From a virus (taxonomy: Duplodnaviria > Heunggongvirae > Uroviricota > Caudoviricetes): a stretch of DNA of 64,000 nucleotides. Of this stretch, positions 1-9,140 are shown in pieces. The translations under genes were made by a program, and so were the position numbers. Within the stretch, counting starts at the first letter, position 1; the number at the start of each line of letters is the position of its first letter. Under the pieces are notes generated by a model, which had not been told where the DNA came from, ran no database searches, and worked only from the letters and a program-made list of their open reading frames with translations. Location: IMG/VR virus record IMGVR_UViG_3300032280_000361; one strand, given 5' to 3'.

Positions 1-14
1 ACCATATTGGTATC

Positions 15-263
15 TTACTTCTTTGTAGTTTTCTTAGCAGTTGGTGCTTTTGGAGTTTTAACTGCTTTAACAGCTTTCTCAGCAACAGCTTTAACTTTTT
101 CCACTTTAGCTTTTACTTCCTTAACTTTAACAACTACCTCTTCTACCTTTTCTTCGATAGCATCAGGAATGTTGTTGTTGTTAGCATCTTTAACCTTACC
201 GGTTTTCATTGCTAAGAATAAAGCCAATGCTGCAATAGCAATTACAATAATGAATGTTGTCAT
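15..263 (-). CDS. small membrane-anchored protein with Lys/Ala-rich tail
   Basis: N-terminal hydrophobic helix, DANNNNIPD motif, K/A/V-rich C-terminus; TACTTATA motif upstream. Confidence 0.7.
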   Translation of the reverse strand: MTTFIIVIAIAALALFLAMKTGKVKDANNNNIPDAIEEKVEEVVVKVKEVKAKVEKVKAVAEKAVKAVKTPKAPTAKKTTKK

Positions 264-301
264 TTTTTTGTTTTTTAGTTATAAATGTAAATATAAGTAT
301 A

Positions 302-616
302 TTATTTTTTCACAAAAGTTAATCCAAAGAATTCATAATTTAAGTGTACTGATTTCTCATCACCTGATATAATCGCTTCTTTTTCATCTGAATATATCGC
401 ATCCTCAGGACACTCAGGTACACATGCACCGCAATTAATACACACCGATGGGTCTATATATAATTGCTTTCCCACCTTATCTTCTACACTCATTCCTTCT
501 AACTCATATCCTTCTCCGGTGGGGTTAATTGGTCCATGAATACAATCAACGGGACAAACCTTTAAACAACTTCCATCTATACAACTTACACATTTGTCCC
601 CAATTATAAAACTCAT
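302..616 (-). CDS. dicluster 4Fe-4S ferredoxin
   Basis: CVSCIDGSCLKVCPVDCI and CINCGACVPECP cysteine motifs. Confidence 0.9.
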   Translation of the reverse strand: MSFIIGDKCVSCIDGSCLKVCPVDCIHGPINPTGEGYELEGMSVEDKVGKQLYIDPSVCINCGACVPECPEDAIYSDEKEAIISGDEKSVHLNYEFFGLTFVKK

Positions 617-1050
617 TGTTTACCATTTAAAAGCCAAGAGGAAGATTGAATCTTATCTCCTAACCCATCAGCTAATTCGATACCTAATTCTTTACACAAT
701 TCAGTTTCTCCGATTGTATCCCGATTTTGGTCTCCACCATTAGCAAAGATAACTCTATCAAATTCATCTCCTCTCCAATTCATAATGAACTTAATAGATT
801 CGTTAACAGTTCTTTCAGTGTCTACCGCAACCATAGCCGCATCTACACACCTAAGAGATTGGATTATAGTTTTTCTCTCTTCCTCCAACATAAATGGTTT
901 AGAGCCTTTCATTTCCCTTTGCTTATCGTTATTAACAATCACAAAAAGGAAATCTCCTAATCCTTTACTCTTTGTTAAATACTCTATGTGTCCACTATGT
1001 AATGGGTTAAAATACCCACTAACTATTACCAATGTTTTATTCTTCTCCAT
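613..1050 (-). CDS. cytidylyltransferase-family nucleotidyltransferase (TagD/RfaE-II-like)
   Basis: SGYFNPLHSGH (HxGH), VIVNND, FANGGD, KIQSSS motifs. Confidence 0.85.
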   Translation of the reverse strand: MEKNKTLVIVSGYFNPLHSGHIEYLTKSKGLGDFLFVIVNNDKQREMKGSKPFMLEEERKTIIQSLRCVDAAMVAVDTERTVNESIKFIMNWRGDEFDRVIFANGGDQNRDTIGETELCKELGIELADGLGDKIQSSSWLLNGKQ

Positions 1051-1285
1051 ATAATGAATACTTAGTTACTTCTTTCTGAACTTCTATTTTTTGTTCTGTA
1101 CATACAACTCCTTTACGAGCATATACTTTGAAATCAGTTACTCCGCTTTGACCGAATACAAAATCCAAACCAGCAGTTAGATTGGGGAACAACTTCTTTC
1201 CATCAGTTGTTTCCCATCTATCTCCAGGAGGAACTCTTGTCAGAACGGTCTTTTCTTCAATTTTTTCCTCTGTTTCTGAATACAT
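1037..1285 (-). CDS. hypothetical protein
   Basis: ORF tightly packed between neighbours. Confidence 0.6.
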   Translation of the reverse strand: MYSETEEKIEEKTVLTRVPPGDRWETTDGKKLFPNLTAGLDFVFGQSGVTDFKVYARKGVVCTEQKIEVQKEVTKYSLYGEE

Positions 1286-1287
1286 AA

Positions 1288-1509
1288 TTAATCAATTACT
1301 TGAATGATTTTAGATTCTCTAGCACCTGTAACTTCGTAATCCAATTGTACACCAGATTCTTCAAATTGTTTAACTACTCTAGCTTCTGCTTCCGTAACGG
1401 TCATTGCATCTACTAAATAGTTTTCCTTTACTTTCTTAATTTTTGTACCACCTTTACCACCATCTACTTCATGATGAACTGATACTGTAACTTCAAAATA
1501 CTTTGCCAT
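1288..1509 (-). CDS. DUF4494-like protein (Bacteroidota family)
   Basis: YFEVTV...KKVKENYLVDAMTVTEAEAR pattern; promoter upstream. Confidence 0.7.
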   Translation of the reverse strand: MAKYFEVTVSVHHEVDGGKGGTKIKKVKENYLVDAMTVTEAEARVVKQFEESGVQLDYEVTGARESKIIQVID

Positions 1510-1533
1510 AATTTTAATTTTAAATTGTTTCTA

Positions 1534-1565
1534 CAAATATACGAAAAAAATCCCAAACTACCAAA
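1534..1565 (-). promoter_or_regulatory. Bacteroidota-type sigma70 promoter
   Basis: minus strand TTTG-N20-TATATTTG. Confidence 0.75.
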
Positions 1566-1569
1566 TGTT

Positions 1570-1725
1570 TTACCTATTATGATAAATAAATGGGTCTCTT
1601 TTTCTTAGTTCTTCTAACTTTTTTTGGAATTCAACTTCCAATTCAGCTCTTCGTTTCTCTCTTTCCTTTTCCTCTTTAGTTTTGATACCTAAAGACTTAC
1701 GGATTTTTTCAATTAGTTTTTTCAT
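1570..1725 (-). CDS. small charged protein (51 aa, not in ORF track)
   Basis: MKKLIEKIRKSLGIKTKEEKEREKRRAELEVEFQKKLEELRKRDPFIYHNR; start overlaps the upstream stop. Confidence 0.65.
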   Translation of the reverse strand: MKKLIEKIRKSLGIKTKEEKEREKRRAELEVEFQKKLEELRKRDPFIYHNR

Positions 1726-2558
1726 ATTATATTTTTATTTAATATTATCTTAGATGGTTTTAGTTTTTCATCTAAGAATTCCTTTAATAATTTAGCATAT
1801 TCAATGTGTCCAAAATATCCTGGATGCCCATCGTTACTATATCCATTTAATTCAGCTTTAATCGTTTTATCGTTATCATGACACCAAGTCGCAATATCGT
1901 AATTACTCAAATCTATTCTGAATTTAACCACATCATTTGGCTCAAAACAATCCTTAAAATATACATCGTTCCCAGTCATCACTTTTATACCAATCCCATT
2001 CTGTTTACAAAATGAATATAGTCCTACGAATTCTCTTTCTACTTTTAACCAATGTTCCTTCATATTAAAATGATTTCCAAACCACTTTTCAAAATATCCC
2101 CTATGTAAAGCATCCTCTCTTTCCAATTCTTTATCGAAATAGGCTCTCGTCGCTGAATTAAACTGATTTGTTTCCTTTACACCATCATACCAAGAGTTTA
2201 CAATATAGTAAGATTCGGTTTTATTAAAGTACACCTCACTTCTACTCGCATCAGGTTTCTCCAATATAAGAAGTAATTTGTTTCTCCTATCCCAATTCTC
2301 CAAAAGGAAGTTATAAGTCATCCTCACAACCCTATCTGTCCCTCCTCCCGATTCCGCCTCATTGATGTATGGAATTCCTATTAACTCACTTAATCGGTTC
2401 GCAAAATTGATTTCTGCCCTATCCTTCCACTTAATCCCATATAGTTTCTCATATATCGGCATTACGGATTCACCTTTTAAGGTAGGTTCTTCTAATCCAC
2501 CACCCTGACAATGTGAACATCCATTTACATATATCAATTCGTATCCTTTGTAACTCAT
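1722..2558 (-). CDS. SGNH/GDSL-like hydrolase or acyltransferase
   Basis: YVNGCSH block, NEAESGGG, DGHP motif; start moved to the ATG at 2558. Confidence 0.55.
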   Translation of the reverse strand: MSYKGYELIYVNGCSHCQGGGLEEPTLKGESVMPIYEKLYGIKWKDRAEINFANRLSELIGIPYINEAESGGGTDRVVRMTYNFLLENWDRRNKLLLILEKPDASRSEVYFNKTESYYIVNSWYDGVKETNQFNSATRAYFDKELEREDALHRGYFEKWFGNHFNMKEHWLKVEREFVGLYSFCKQNGIGIKVMTGNDVYFKDCFEPNDVVKFRIDLSNYDIATWCHDNDKTIKAELNGYSNDGHPGYFGHIEYAKLLKEFLDEKLKPSKIILNKNII

Positions 2559-2559
2559 A

Positions 2560-3210
2560 TTATTTGTGTATATATTGATAATCCCACGCATCCTTCTTTA
2601 CGTTCCTCATCGCCTTTCCGAACAGGTCTCCGTTTATCTGAAACCAACAATTATAACACAACATTCTAAGGTTATCGTATTTGTGGTTTCTTCTGTTTCC
2701 GTCCATATAATCCAAAAGAAGTGGAACTTTATTATCCGTTACTCTCGGTTCATCGTATCCACAATTGGCACAGACTTGAGGCATATATCCCGAAGATAAC
2801 AATCTTTTTTTTAATTTCCAATTCGGATATGAAGGATTGTTTCCCTCCAATATGTTTTCCAACGCCCAACTCTTTCTCCCTTTGTTTAGTTTCTTAATCC
2901 CTACCCCAGCTTCATTCTTACAATTCTCAAATACCCCATACATCTTAGCATACTTCTTATAGGTTGGATAACTCACCCCCAATAAACGGGCACAATGTTT
3001 AGCCGATTGAGCCTGTTTCTGCATATCCTCTATTTCCGATTGTAATAGTTGACGTGATAATCTACCCTGTCTTAGGATTCCCCCAACCGGTTTATCAACT
3101 CTGTTTCTCTCCGCTTCTTCTTTGGCTAATTTGTCGTAGTAATCTTTGTAATTGGCGTTTGTGATAAACACCTTTTCGACCTTTTTGTCGTCTTCTTCAT
3201 TTTCACTCAT
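2560..3210 (-). CDS. HTH plus Zn-finger HNH-like protein
   Basis: CARLLGVSYPTYKKY helix-turn-helix; CANCG...LDYMDGNRRNHKYDNLRMLCYNC. Confidence 0.7.
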   Translation of the reverse strand: MSENEEDDKKVEKVFITNANYKDYYDKLAKEEAERNRVDKPVGGILRQGRLSRQLLQSEIEDMQKQAQSAKHCARLLGVSYPTYKKYAKMYGVFENCKNEAGVGIKKLNKGRKSWALENILEGNNPSYPNWKLKKRLLSSGYMPQVCANCGYDEPRVTDNKVPLLLDYMDGNRRNHKYDNLRMLCYNCWFQINGDLFGKAMRNVKKDAWDYQYIHK

Positions 3211-3255
3211 AACATATACCTTTATGATATATATCGTGTGGGTGAAAATTACACT

Positions 3256-3345
3256 CTAAAATTGACGACTATCTTTGTAGTAGTTGTATATTCCTACTCC
3301 GGCTGCTATGATAATCAATTGTAGTTTTATTAAGAGTAGTTTCAT
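3256..3345 (-). CDS. putative 29-aa membrane peptide (not in ORF track)
   Basis: MKLLLIKLQLIIIAAGVGIYNYYKDSRQF; ATG overlaps the upstream stop. Confidence 0.45.
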   Translation of the reverse strand: MKLLLIKLQLIIIAAGVGIYNYYKDSRQF

Positions 3346-3551
3346 TCTATTCCACTAAGTTTAAGAAACTCTTTATCATTGAATGTTACCTTCTCAGAGT
3401 AGAACTTTTGCATCATCTTATCAGCAATCTCTTTTCTGTTATCCATATCATTTACCATAAGGAGTATTTCAGCTACACCTACAACCATATCTCTATCGAA
3501 ATCATGATTCGGTTCTTCAACTTCTTTTAGTAAATTATTAAGTCTTAACAT
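3342..3551 (-). CDS. small protein with MxRLxxLLxE leader (putative head-internal protein)
   Basis: begins MLRLNNLLKE. Confidence 0.6.
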   Translation of the reverse strand: MLRLNNLLKEVEEPNHDFDRDMVVGVAEILLMVNDMDNRKEIADKMMQKFYSEKVTFNDKEFLKLSGIE

Positions 3552-3569
3552 ATTAATAAGTATCCGCTA

Positions 3570-4016
3570 TCAAAAAATTTTGGTCTTTTTGAGGACTTTT
3601 TTGATAGTATCCCCCCACCCCCTTTTTTTCCATACTCCTTTATCGATTACATAAAAATCATCTGTATTTCTATCAATAAATTGGTAGGTCGCTGATTGTA
3701 GTTCGAACCAACTATCAAGTTCTTCTAATACTACTTTGGGTGAAAATTCACAACAGCTATAAAGGTCAAATTGGAACATCGCAGGATTGGTATTATCCCA
3801 AACGTGGATTGAACCATGTGAAGTTGCCAATGTTACTGTCCCTGTGATACCTTCGTTTCCAGGTTCATTTACATATACTGATGTTGGTCCGGCTACAACC
3901 TTCATTCCGACTGTATTAACTAATTGTGTAAAAAATATATTGAGGATTTTCTCTGTCTTTGGTGGAGTTTTCATATAACCCTTTACCAATAGATGTAAAT
4001 GATTTGGTATAAACAT
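3570..4016 (-). CDS. speD: S-adenosylmethionine decarboxylase proenzyme-like protein
   Basis: HLLV, GITGTVTLATSHGSIHVW, FDLYSC motifs of pyruvoyl AdoMetDC. Confidence 0.75.
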   Translation of the reverse strand: MFIPNHLHLLVKGYMKTPPKTEKILNIFFTQLVNTVGMKVVAGPTSVYVNEPGNEGITGTVTLATSHGSIHVWDNTNPAMFQFDLYSCCEFSPKVVLEELDSWFELQSATYQFIDRNTDDFYVIDKGVWKKRGWGDTIKKVLKKTKIF

Positions 4017-4029
4017 TATTTACTCCTCC

Positions 4030-4152
4030 TTATCGCCCTTGACCGCGATATCTTTTTGGTTTTTGTTCTTTTGGACCGTAACCTTTCTTTGCCTTACCGG
4101 TTGTTTTTTTACCGAAAGATAATTTGTTTGATGAACCTACTGACTTTGCCAT
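4030..4152 (-). CDS. 40-aa basic protein (not in ORF track)
   Basis: MAKSVGSSNKLSFGKKTTGKAKKGYGPKEQKPKRYRGQGR; RYRGQG end resembles small basic proteins of large phages. Confidence 0.65.
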   Translation of the reverse strand: MAKSVGSSNKLSFGKKTTGKAKKGYGPKEQKPKRYRGQGR

Positions 4153-4210
4153 TTTGTTAAAACGTTTTTAATGATACAATTTAGCATAACCTTTATTTTA
4201 TTATCATATA

Positions 4211-5275
4211 CTATTGTATATAAGCATTCAATTCATATTCATTTTGTCCACCATGTAAACTTCTTGTTTTAGAATTATCTGAATTTCTCTTATAAGTTCC
4301 CATACCATAAACTTGAATATGAAGATGTTTCTTTTGTGGTTTACCATCTTTAGTTAATTGGATAGAAAATCTATTTGTTTTTCCATCGGATGGTTTTTTA
4401 GGCCCCATTCCTATTTGTCTAAAAGCATCTTCATCATCTATTTCATATCCTTTTTTTTCTGCATATTCTCTAGCTGATTGAATTGCCGATGTATATGTGT
4501 AGTGATATACCGGATAATCTGATTTTGCTTCTTCCATTACACCCTTAAGTCTCATTGATTCATTCTTCATATATCCTTTGTTATCGAATACAGATTGAAT
4601 CTTATCTGCTTCTTTATGGAAACCATTCATTCTTAATGTGAATGCAATACCATCTGCTGCTTCAACTCCACCCCATCCAGAAGATGCTGCTACTTTTCTA
4701 CCGAATTCATGTGCATTATCATCACCTCCCCAATATTCGGAACTATCTACTCCATTCTTTCTTATATCAGCCATTTTCTCCTTATACTTAGGGTCATCCA
4801 TTGATGGGTAGTTTACTTTCTTAGCCCACTCAGGTTTACCTTCAATTGATGCAACTAATTCTCTAGCTTCATCGTGGAAATTAGCATCAGTTAAAGCCTC
4901 AACTGCTGCCTGATACATTACTTTTTTATATCCTTCGTTACCCAACTTCTGTGGAGTAATTCCAAATTTCTCTGCCGCTGCTTTAGCTTCTTTATTTACT
5001 TTTGGATTACCTGGTCTTTTTTTAGCTGGCTCTGATTTAGGTTCTTCCTTTTTAGGTTCTTCCGCTTTTTTAGGTTCTACTTTTTTAGAACTTGCAGAAG
5101 CTCCACCTTTAGGTTTAGATACCGAATCTGATTTTTTAGAAGCTTCACCAGCAGTTGTTTCTTTACCTGCTATGTTTACCTTCGTAGTATCTCTCACTTT
5201 GTGCTTCTCTTTATAAGCATCAAATGCTGCTTGAGAGCCAAAATTTATTTCACTTAATAGTTGCTTTAAATTCAT
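4211..5275 (-). CDS. putative head-internal multi-module protein
   Basis: leader MNLKQLLSE; K/E/P linker; internal ESMRLKGVMEE junction. Confidence 0.6.
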   Translation of the reverse strand: MNLKQLLSEINFGSQAAFDAYKEKHKVRDTTKVNIAGKETTAGEASKKSDSVSKPKGGASASSKKVEPKKAEEPKKEEPKSEPAKKRPGNPKVNKEAKAAAEKFGITPQKLGNEGYKKVMYQAAVEALTDANFHDEARELVASIEGKPEWAKKVNYPSMDDPKYKEKMADIRKNGVDSSEYWGGDDNAHEFGRKVAASSGWGGVEAADGIAFTLRMNGFHKEADKIQSVFDNKGYMKNESMRLKGVMEEAKSDYPVYHYTYTSAIQSAREYAEKKGYEIDDEDAFRQIGMGPKKPSDGKTNRFSIQLTKDGKPQKKHLHIQVYGMGTYKRNSDNSKTRSLHGGQNEYELNAYIQ

Positions 5276-5289
5276 TTTATCTTAATATT

Positions 5290-5562
5290 TTAAAATCCTA
5301 TTGAAATGTTATTTCCTAAATCATCTTCTACCCAACGAGCTTTTGCTGCTATTAATTTTTTCATAGTATCAACATCAAATCTATATGCACCATGCCCACC
5401 TTGTATTTTTATAGCAACAATATATCCATGTATTCCACTCCAAATTACATCAGCCTTTCCACCAATGATTCCTTCAAATGCTTTAATTTGCTTTTGCTTA
5501 ATAGAATCTAATTCTTTGAATTCGATTTCAGATGCTTCGTTTAATTGAGATAATCTTATCAT
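5290..5562 (-). CDS. small protein with MIRLSQLNE leader
   Basis: ORF; leader shared with neighbours. Confidence 0.6.
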   Translation of the reverse strand: MIRLSQLNEASEIEFKELDSIKQKQIKAFEGIIGGKADVIWSGIHGYIVAIKIQGGHGAYRFDVDTMKKLIAAKARWVEDDLGNNISIGF

Positions 5563-5563
5563 A

Positions 5564-7267
5564 TTAATTACTAAATTGTGCTATTACTTTTTTCTGAATA
5601 GGATTGCCTGGCTTTCCAACTAATGCTGTTACAAAATCCATTCTATCTTTCAATCCACCTTTCTTCAAAGATAGATATAATTTATTTGAATTTATATTAT
5701 TCTTTTCTATAAAATCTTTAACTGCGTTTGCTCTAGAAGCAGTTAAACCTGCTATACCATTTGCATCCGCATTTATATCTTCGTTAATATGATGTTCATG
5801 CACTCCACCACATCCACAATCATGATTCTCATTACATCCACAATCATGCTCTTCGTTTACTGATTCATTAAATCTAGAGTCAGCCTTTACTCTTTTTACA
5901 ATATCATCGATTGTATTTACATAAAAATCGTTTCCTTTACTAGGTTCTACCCACCAATCAGTTCCTCCGGATTCATAATCCATTTGAAAATTTCCCCACA
6001 CATATCCATTTTTGTATATAGTATGTGTTTTTGAAGGGCCTTCAGATTTAAGTTCTATATCTCCTACTTTAAGAATGTATCCTTTTTTATTATTTTTTTG
6101 CCAAGTATCTGCAAGTTTACCTTCGTTTATCGATTCTTTAATTGTAGATTTTAATTTAGATAACTCTCCTTTTAATTTAGAATCTAATCCTCTTTCAATT
6201 CCCCAATTAAATGATGCCTTAACTAACATATCTAATGGTAAGTTACTATTCTTTTTGCCAAATGGTGAAGTTCTAATCCAATCAATATAGTGTTGTGCTA
6301 ATTCTTTTGACATTTTAGTTCCTTCTGCTCTAGAAGAATCTCCGTTAACTACAGATTGTAATATTTTGGTAGCCATTCCATGAGCACCTTCGTTTACTGA
6401 TTCGTTTCTTTTATCTAATTCGAAGTATATTTTATTTTTAACTTTCTGAAATGTATCAGCTGCCAATTTAGCATTACCAACAAATCCCATTTCTAAACCA
6501 ATATCTTTTGAACGAACACCTTTTTTAGCTAACGCCATAATTTGTGCCGCAACTGGTTTAGATACTACTTGTGTTGGAGTATCTACGTGAATAACATGCT
6601 TAAACTCTTCAGTTACTACAGATTCCATTTTTGAACGAATCTTACTTGCTATATTTGATAGTTGAGATTTATCGATTCCAATTGCATCTATTACCTGTGC
6701 AAGTAATTGTAATTTAGCGTTATTACTTAACTTTGAATCCTTTATTTTTTCAATAGCCAATTCCAATTTAGCTTTTACAGCTGCAGGTATTGTTGCTGGT
6801 GGTAATTCAGTTGCATCCTCTTTTACTGAACTGTATTTTTCTCTGATTTCTTTTAAACCCAACTCATCTTCAAATTCGATTATATCTTTGTAATCTGCAT
6901 CAAAAAGTTCCTCTTCTACATCTTTTCTACTTGCTTTAGGGTTTTTACATACAACTGCACCTATTTTCTTTTTAGTGAATGAACCACCTCTATCATACAT
7001 TTTCATAATATGCTTAAAATGAACATCGTTACCACTCATTTCATTCATACCACTCTTTTCTCTAATTACTTCTCTCACTACAGATTTAAGTTGTTCTTTA
7101 ACATGGTCAGGTAAACCATCGTGCTTAGTAGATGCAAAATCTTTAGCATCACTATCTTTCATATCCGCTGATACCTTTGCCACCTCCGGTGATGCAGGAG
7201 TTTTTCCCTTATCAGCGGCGTGAACCATTCCCATAAATCGTTGTTGTGCTTTACTTGCTGCTGGCAT
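5564..7267 (-). CDS. ESVNE-linked modular polyprotein with DUF3008-like N-terminus
   Basis: MPAASKAQQRFMG...DFASTKHDGLP; ESVNE/ESINE/ESVVTE linkers every 70-90 aa. Confidence 0.65.
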   Translation of the reverse strand: MPAASKAQQRFMGMVHAADKGKTPASPEVAKVSADMKDSDAKDFASTKHDGLPDHVKEQLKSVVREVIREKSGMNEMSGNDVHFKHIMKMYDRGGSFTKKKIGAVVCKNPKASRKDVEEELFDADYKDIIEFEDELGLKEIREKYSSVKEDATELPPATIPAAVKAKLELAIEKIKDSKLSNNAKLQLLAQVIDAIGIDKSQLSNIASKIRSKMESVVTEEFKHVIHVDTPTQVVSKPVAAQIMALAKKGVRSKDIGLEMGFVGNAKLAADTFQKVKNKIYFELDKRNESVNEGAHGMATKILQSVVNGDSSRAEGTKMSKELAQHYIDWIRTSPFGKKNSNLPLDMLVKASFNWGIERGLDSKLKGELSKLKSTIKESINEGKLADTWQKNNKKGYILKVGDIELKSEGPSKTHTIYKNGYVWGNFQMDYESGGTDWWVEPSKGNDFYVNTIDDIVKRVKADSRFNESVNEEHDCGCNENHDCGCGGVHEHHINEDINADANGIAGLTASRANAVKDFIEKNNINSNKLYLSLKKGGLKDRMDFVTALVGKPGNPIQKKVIAQFSN

Positions 7268-7276
7268 CTTTTAGAA

Positions 7277-7540
7277 TTATTTTAATGTTACTTTGAATTT
7301 TTGCTCAGCTAAAGGTAGAAATACATCATATTCAGCATCATCTGTAATAGTGAAATTTTCCGTTAATTGAGTTGGAGTAACATAAATAAGAGTTCCTTCT
7401 GGATTTTCATCGGTTACCAAAAAACAATCGATAAGGATTGCACCTTCTTCAGCATATGTTCCATCAAATAAAACTTGACTCTCTGCTACCTCTTCGGTAA
7501 TTGGTTTATGGTTTTCTAATTTGAATTCTGATATTGTCAT
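7277..7540 (-). CDS. acidic hypothetical protein
   Basis: ORF with TATTTATA motif upstream. Confidence 0.6.
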   Translation of the reverse strand: MTISEFKLENHKPITEEVAESQVLFDGTYAEEGAILIDCFLVTDENPEGTLIYVTPTQLTENFTITDDAEYDVFLPLAEQKFKVTLK

Positions 7541-7573
7541 AATATAGTGTTTTCTTGTATGTGTATATAAATA

Positions 7574-8269
7574 TTATACTATTGAATTAAAGTAATTTTC
7601 TTCGAATAATATACCGGTTAATATTGTATATCTATGAAAATCTTCTGTTTTTATAGGAGTTACTGAATGTTTAGGGTTTATATGCATAAAATCTAATACT
7701 GCAAAGTTACCAAATAGAGGTTGTTGCTTATCAACTCCTTCGATTACTAACTCTCCGCCATCCTCTTCTTTCCAATCATCGTTTAGATAAATAAGTATAT
7801 TACACACCATTCTTTTTCCACCTCCATCAGCATGCGGTTCTATCCAACATCCTTTATTGAAATGAGTAAGGTTTACATTACTTTCGTTTATTTCCCAAAT
7901 TTTATCCATCATATCCTTACCATATGAATACTTAAATACCTCTAAGAATAAGTTTCTCATAGTAGGTATTAAACTCATTTTAAGGTGCGACATTTGGTTA
8001 TCTTCAGTACCCCAAGTAAAGAATGTTTGCCAAAGTTTACCATCCTTATTTCCATCTAAATGCATGTTTTTAACCCCTTCCGCTTCTTCATAACTATTTG
8101 TTTGAGTAGCTTCGTAAGGAACATTCTTATAATATGAATGGGTTACTCTAGTAAAGTTTTCAGGATTCCTAATAGATTTAAGTTTTTCTAACTCTTCTAT
8201 TAGTGATGGGTTTATATCAGAAAGATGTCCAAACAGACATCCTTTAGTTGTTAATTCTTCTCTAACCAT
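7574..8269 (-). CDS. 2OG-Fe(II) oxygenase (prolyl-4-hydroxylase-like)
   Basis: HAD, ILIYLNDDW..EDGGEL, HSVTP, RYT motifs. Confidence 0.85.
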   Translation of the reverse strand: MVREELTTKGCLFGHLSDINPSLIEELEKLKSIRNPENFTRVTHSYYKNVPYEATQTNSYEEAEGVKNMHLDGNKDGKLWQTFFTWGTEDNQMSHLKMSLIPTMRNLFLEVFKYSYGKDMMDKIWEINESNVNLTHFNKGCWIEPHADGGGKRMVCNILIYLNDDWKEEDGGELVIEGVDKQQPLFGNFAVLDFMHINPKHSVTPIKTEDFHRYTILTGILFEENYFNSIV

Positions 8270-8813
8270 GTTTAACCAATTGGATTTTCTTTCTAATATT
8301 AGGGTACTTATTTAATCTTTTTCTAACTGCATCTACATTCTTAGATGAATCATCTACAAAATAAATATTATCATATCCCTTTCTTTCGATTTCCTTTTCT
8401 ATCCAATCGGCTTTTGATTCTGGATTATTATCCCCTAATGCAACTACGAAAACATCTTTGATTCCGCTATCTCTTATGAAATTATATACAGGTTGGTATG
8501 CGGCTCTTGCAGTTAAAATATACACTGCTCTATCAGAGGTTGCCGCCATATTCTTAAGTAATTGGAAATATCCCTTAATTACCTTTGGATTCTTTACTTT
8601 ATCAAAATCTTTGAAATCATACACATCTCCTGGTTTCTCTTTGTAAACCGCATATTGTCCAGGTGTAAGTTTGGATTTTGCTCCATTCTTATGTGTAATA
8701 TAAATAAAGGATGTAGTTTTTACTAAGGTATCATCAAAATCGAATACCCTAAGTTTCTTATCTTCTGTAAATAAACTTCTAGCTATCATAGTCAAATATA
8801 GTGAATTATTCAC
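8262..8813 (-). CDS. HAD-superfamily phosphatase
   Basis: VFDFDDTL, ILTAR, FVDDS..N motifs. Confidence 0.8.
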   Translation of the reverse strand: MNNSLYLTMIARSLFTEDKKLRVFDFDDTLVKTTSFIYITHKNGAKSKLTPGQYAVYKEKPGDVYDFKDFDKVKNPKVIKGYFQLLKNMAATSDRAVYILTARAAYQPVYNFIRDSGIKDVFVVALGDNNPESKADWIEKEIERKGYDNIYFVDDSSKNVDAVRKRLNKYPNIRKKIQLVKHG

Positions 8814-8825
8814 AGACTTCCAAGT

Positions 8826-9140
8826 TTATCCGTTAATTTGTTTCCTAGTCTTTGGTAGTGATTTTTCTAACTTATCGTTTTCTTTGGTAAGGAATTCAAC
8901 TTTAACACTTAATGCCGCCACTTCTCTTGTAAGTTCTAACACCATAGTACGAAGTTCATCTTTCTCTTTTGAACTATTTTCTAATAAGGCTTCCAATTTA
9001 GAGATACGGTCTTTACAATCGTGTCTGATAAACTCATCATCCCTATCTTTGTTTAGTGCTCTCTTTTCGTAGTATCTCCAAGCACCAGTTCCTCCTAATA
9101 CGGTAATTGCCGTAATTAATACTGAATATAAGTTTTCCAT
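8826..9140 (-). CDS. membrane-anchored coiled-coil protein
   Basis: N-terminal TM helix followed by heptad repeats. Confidence 0.6.
   Translation of the reverse strand: MENLYSVLITAITVLGGTGAWRYYEKRALNKDRDDEFIRHDCKDRISKLEALLENSSKEKDELRTMVLELTREVAALSVKVEFLTKENDKLEKSLPKTRKQING

Noticed and set aside
8699-8706. Additional TATAAATA copy
   Set aside because: It is inside the HAD gene (F-I-Y-I codons) and probably a chance match in AT-rich DNA.
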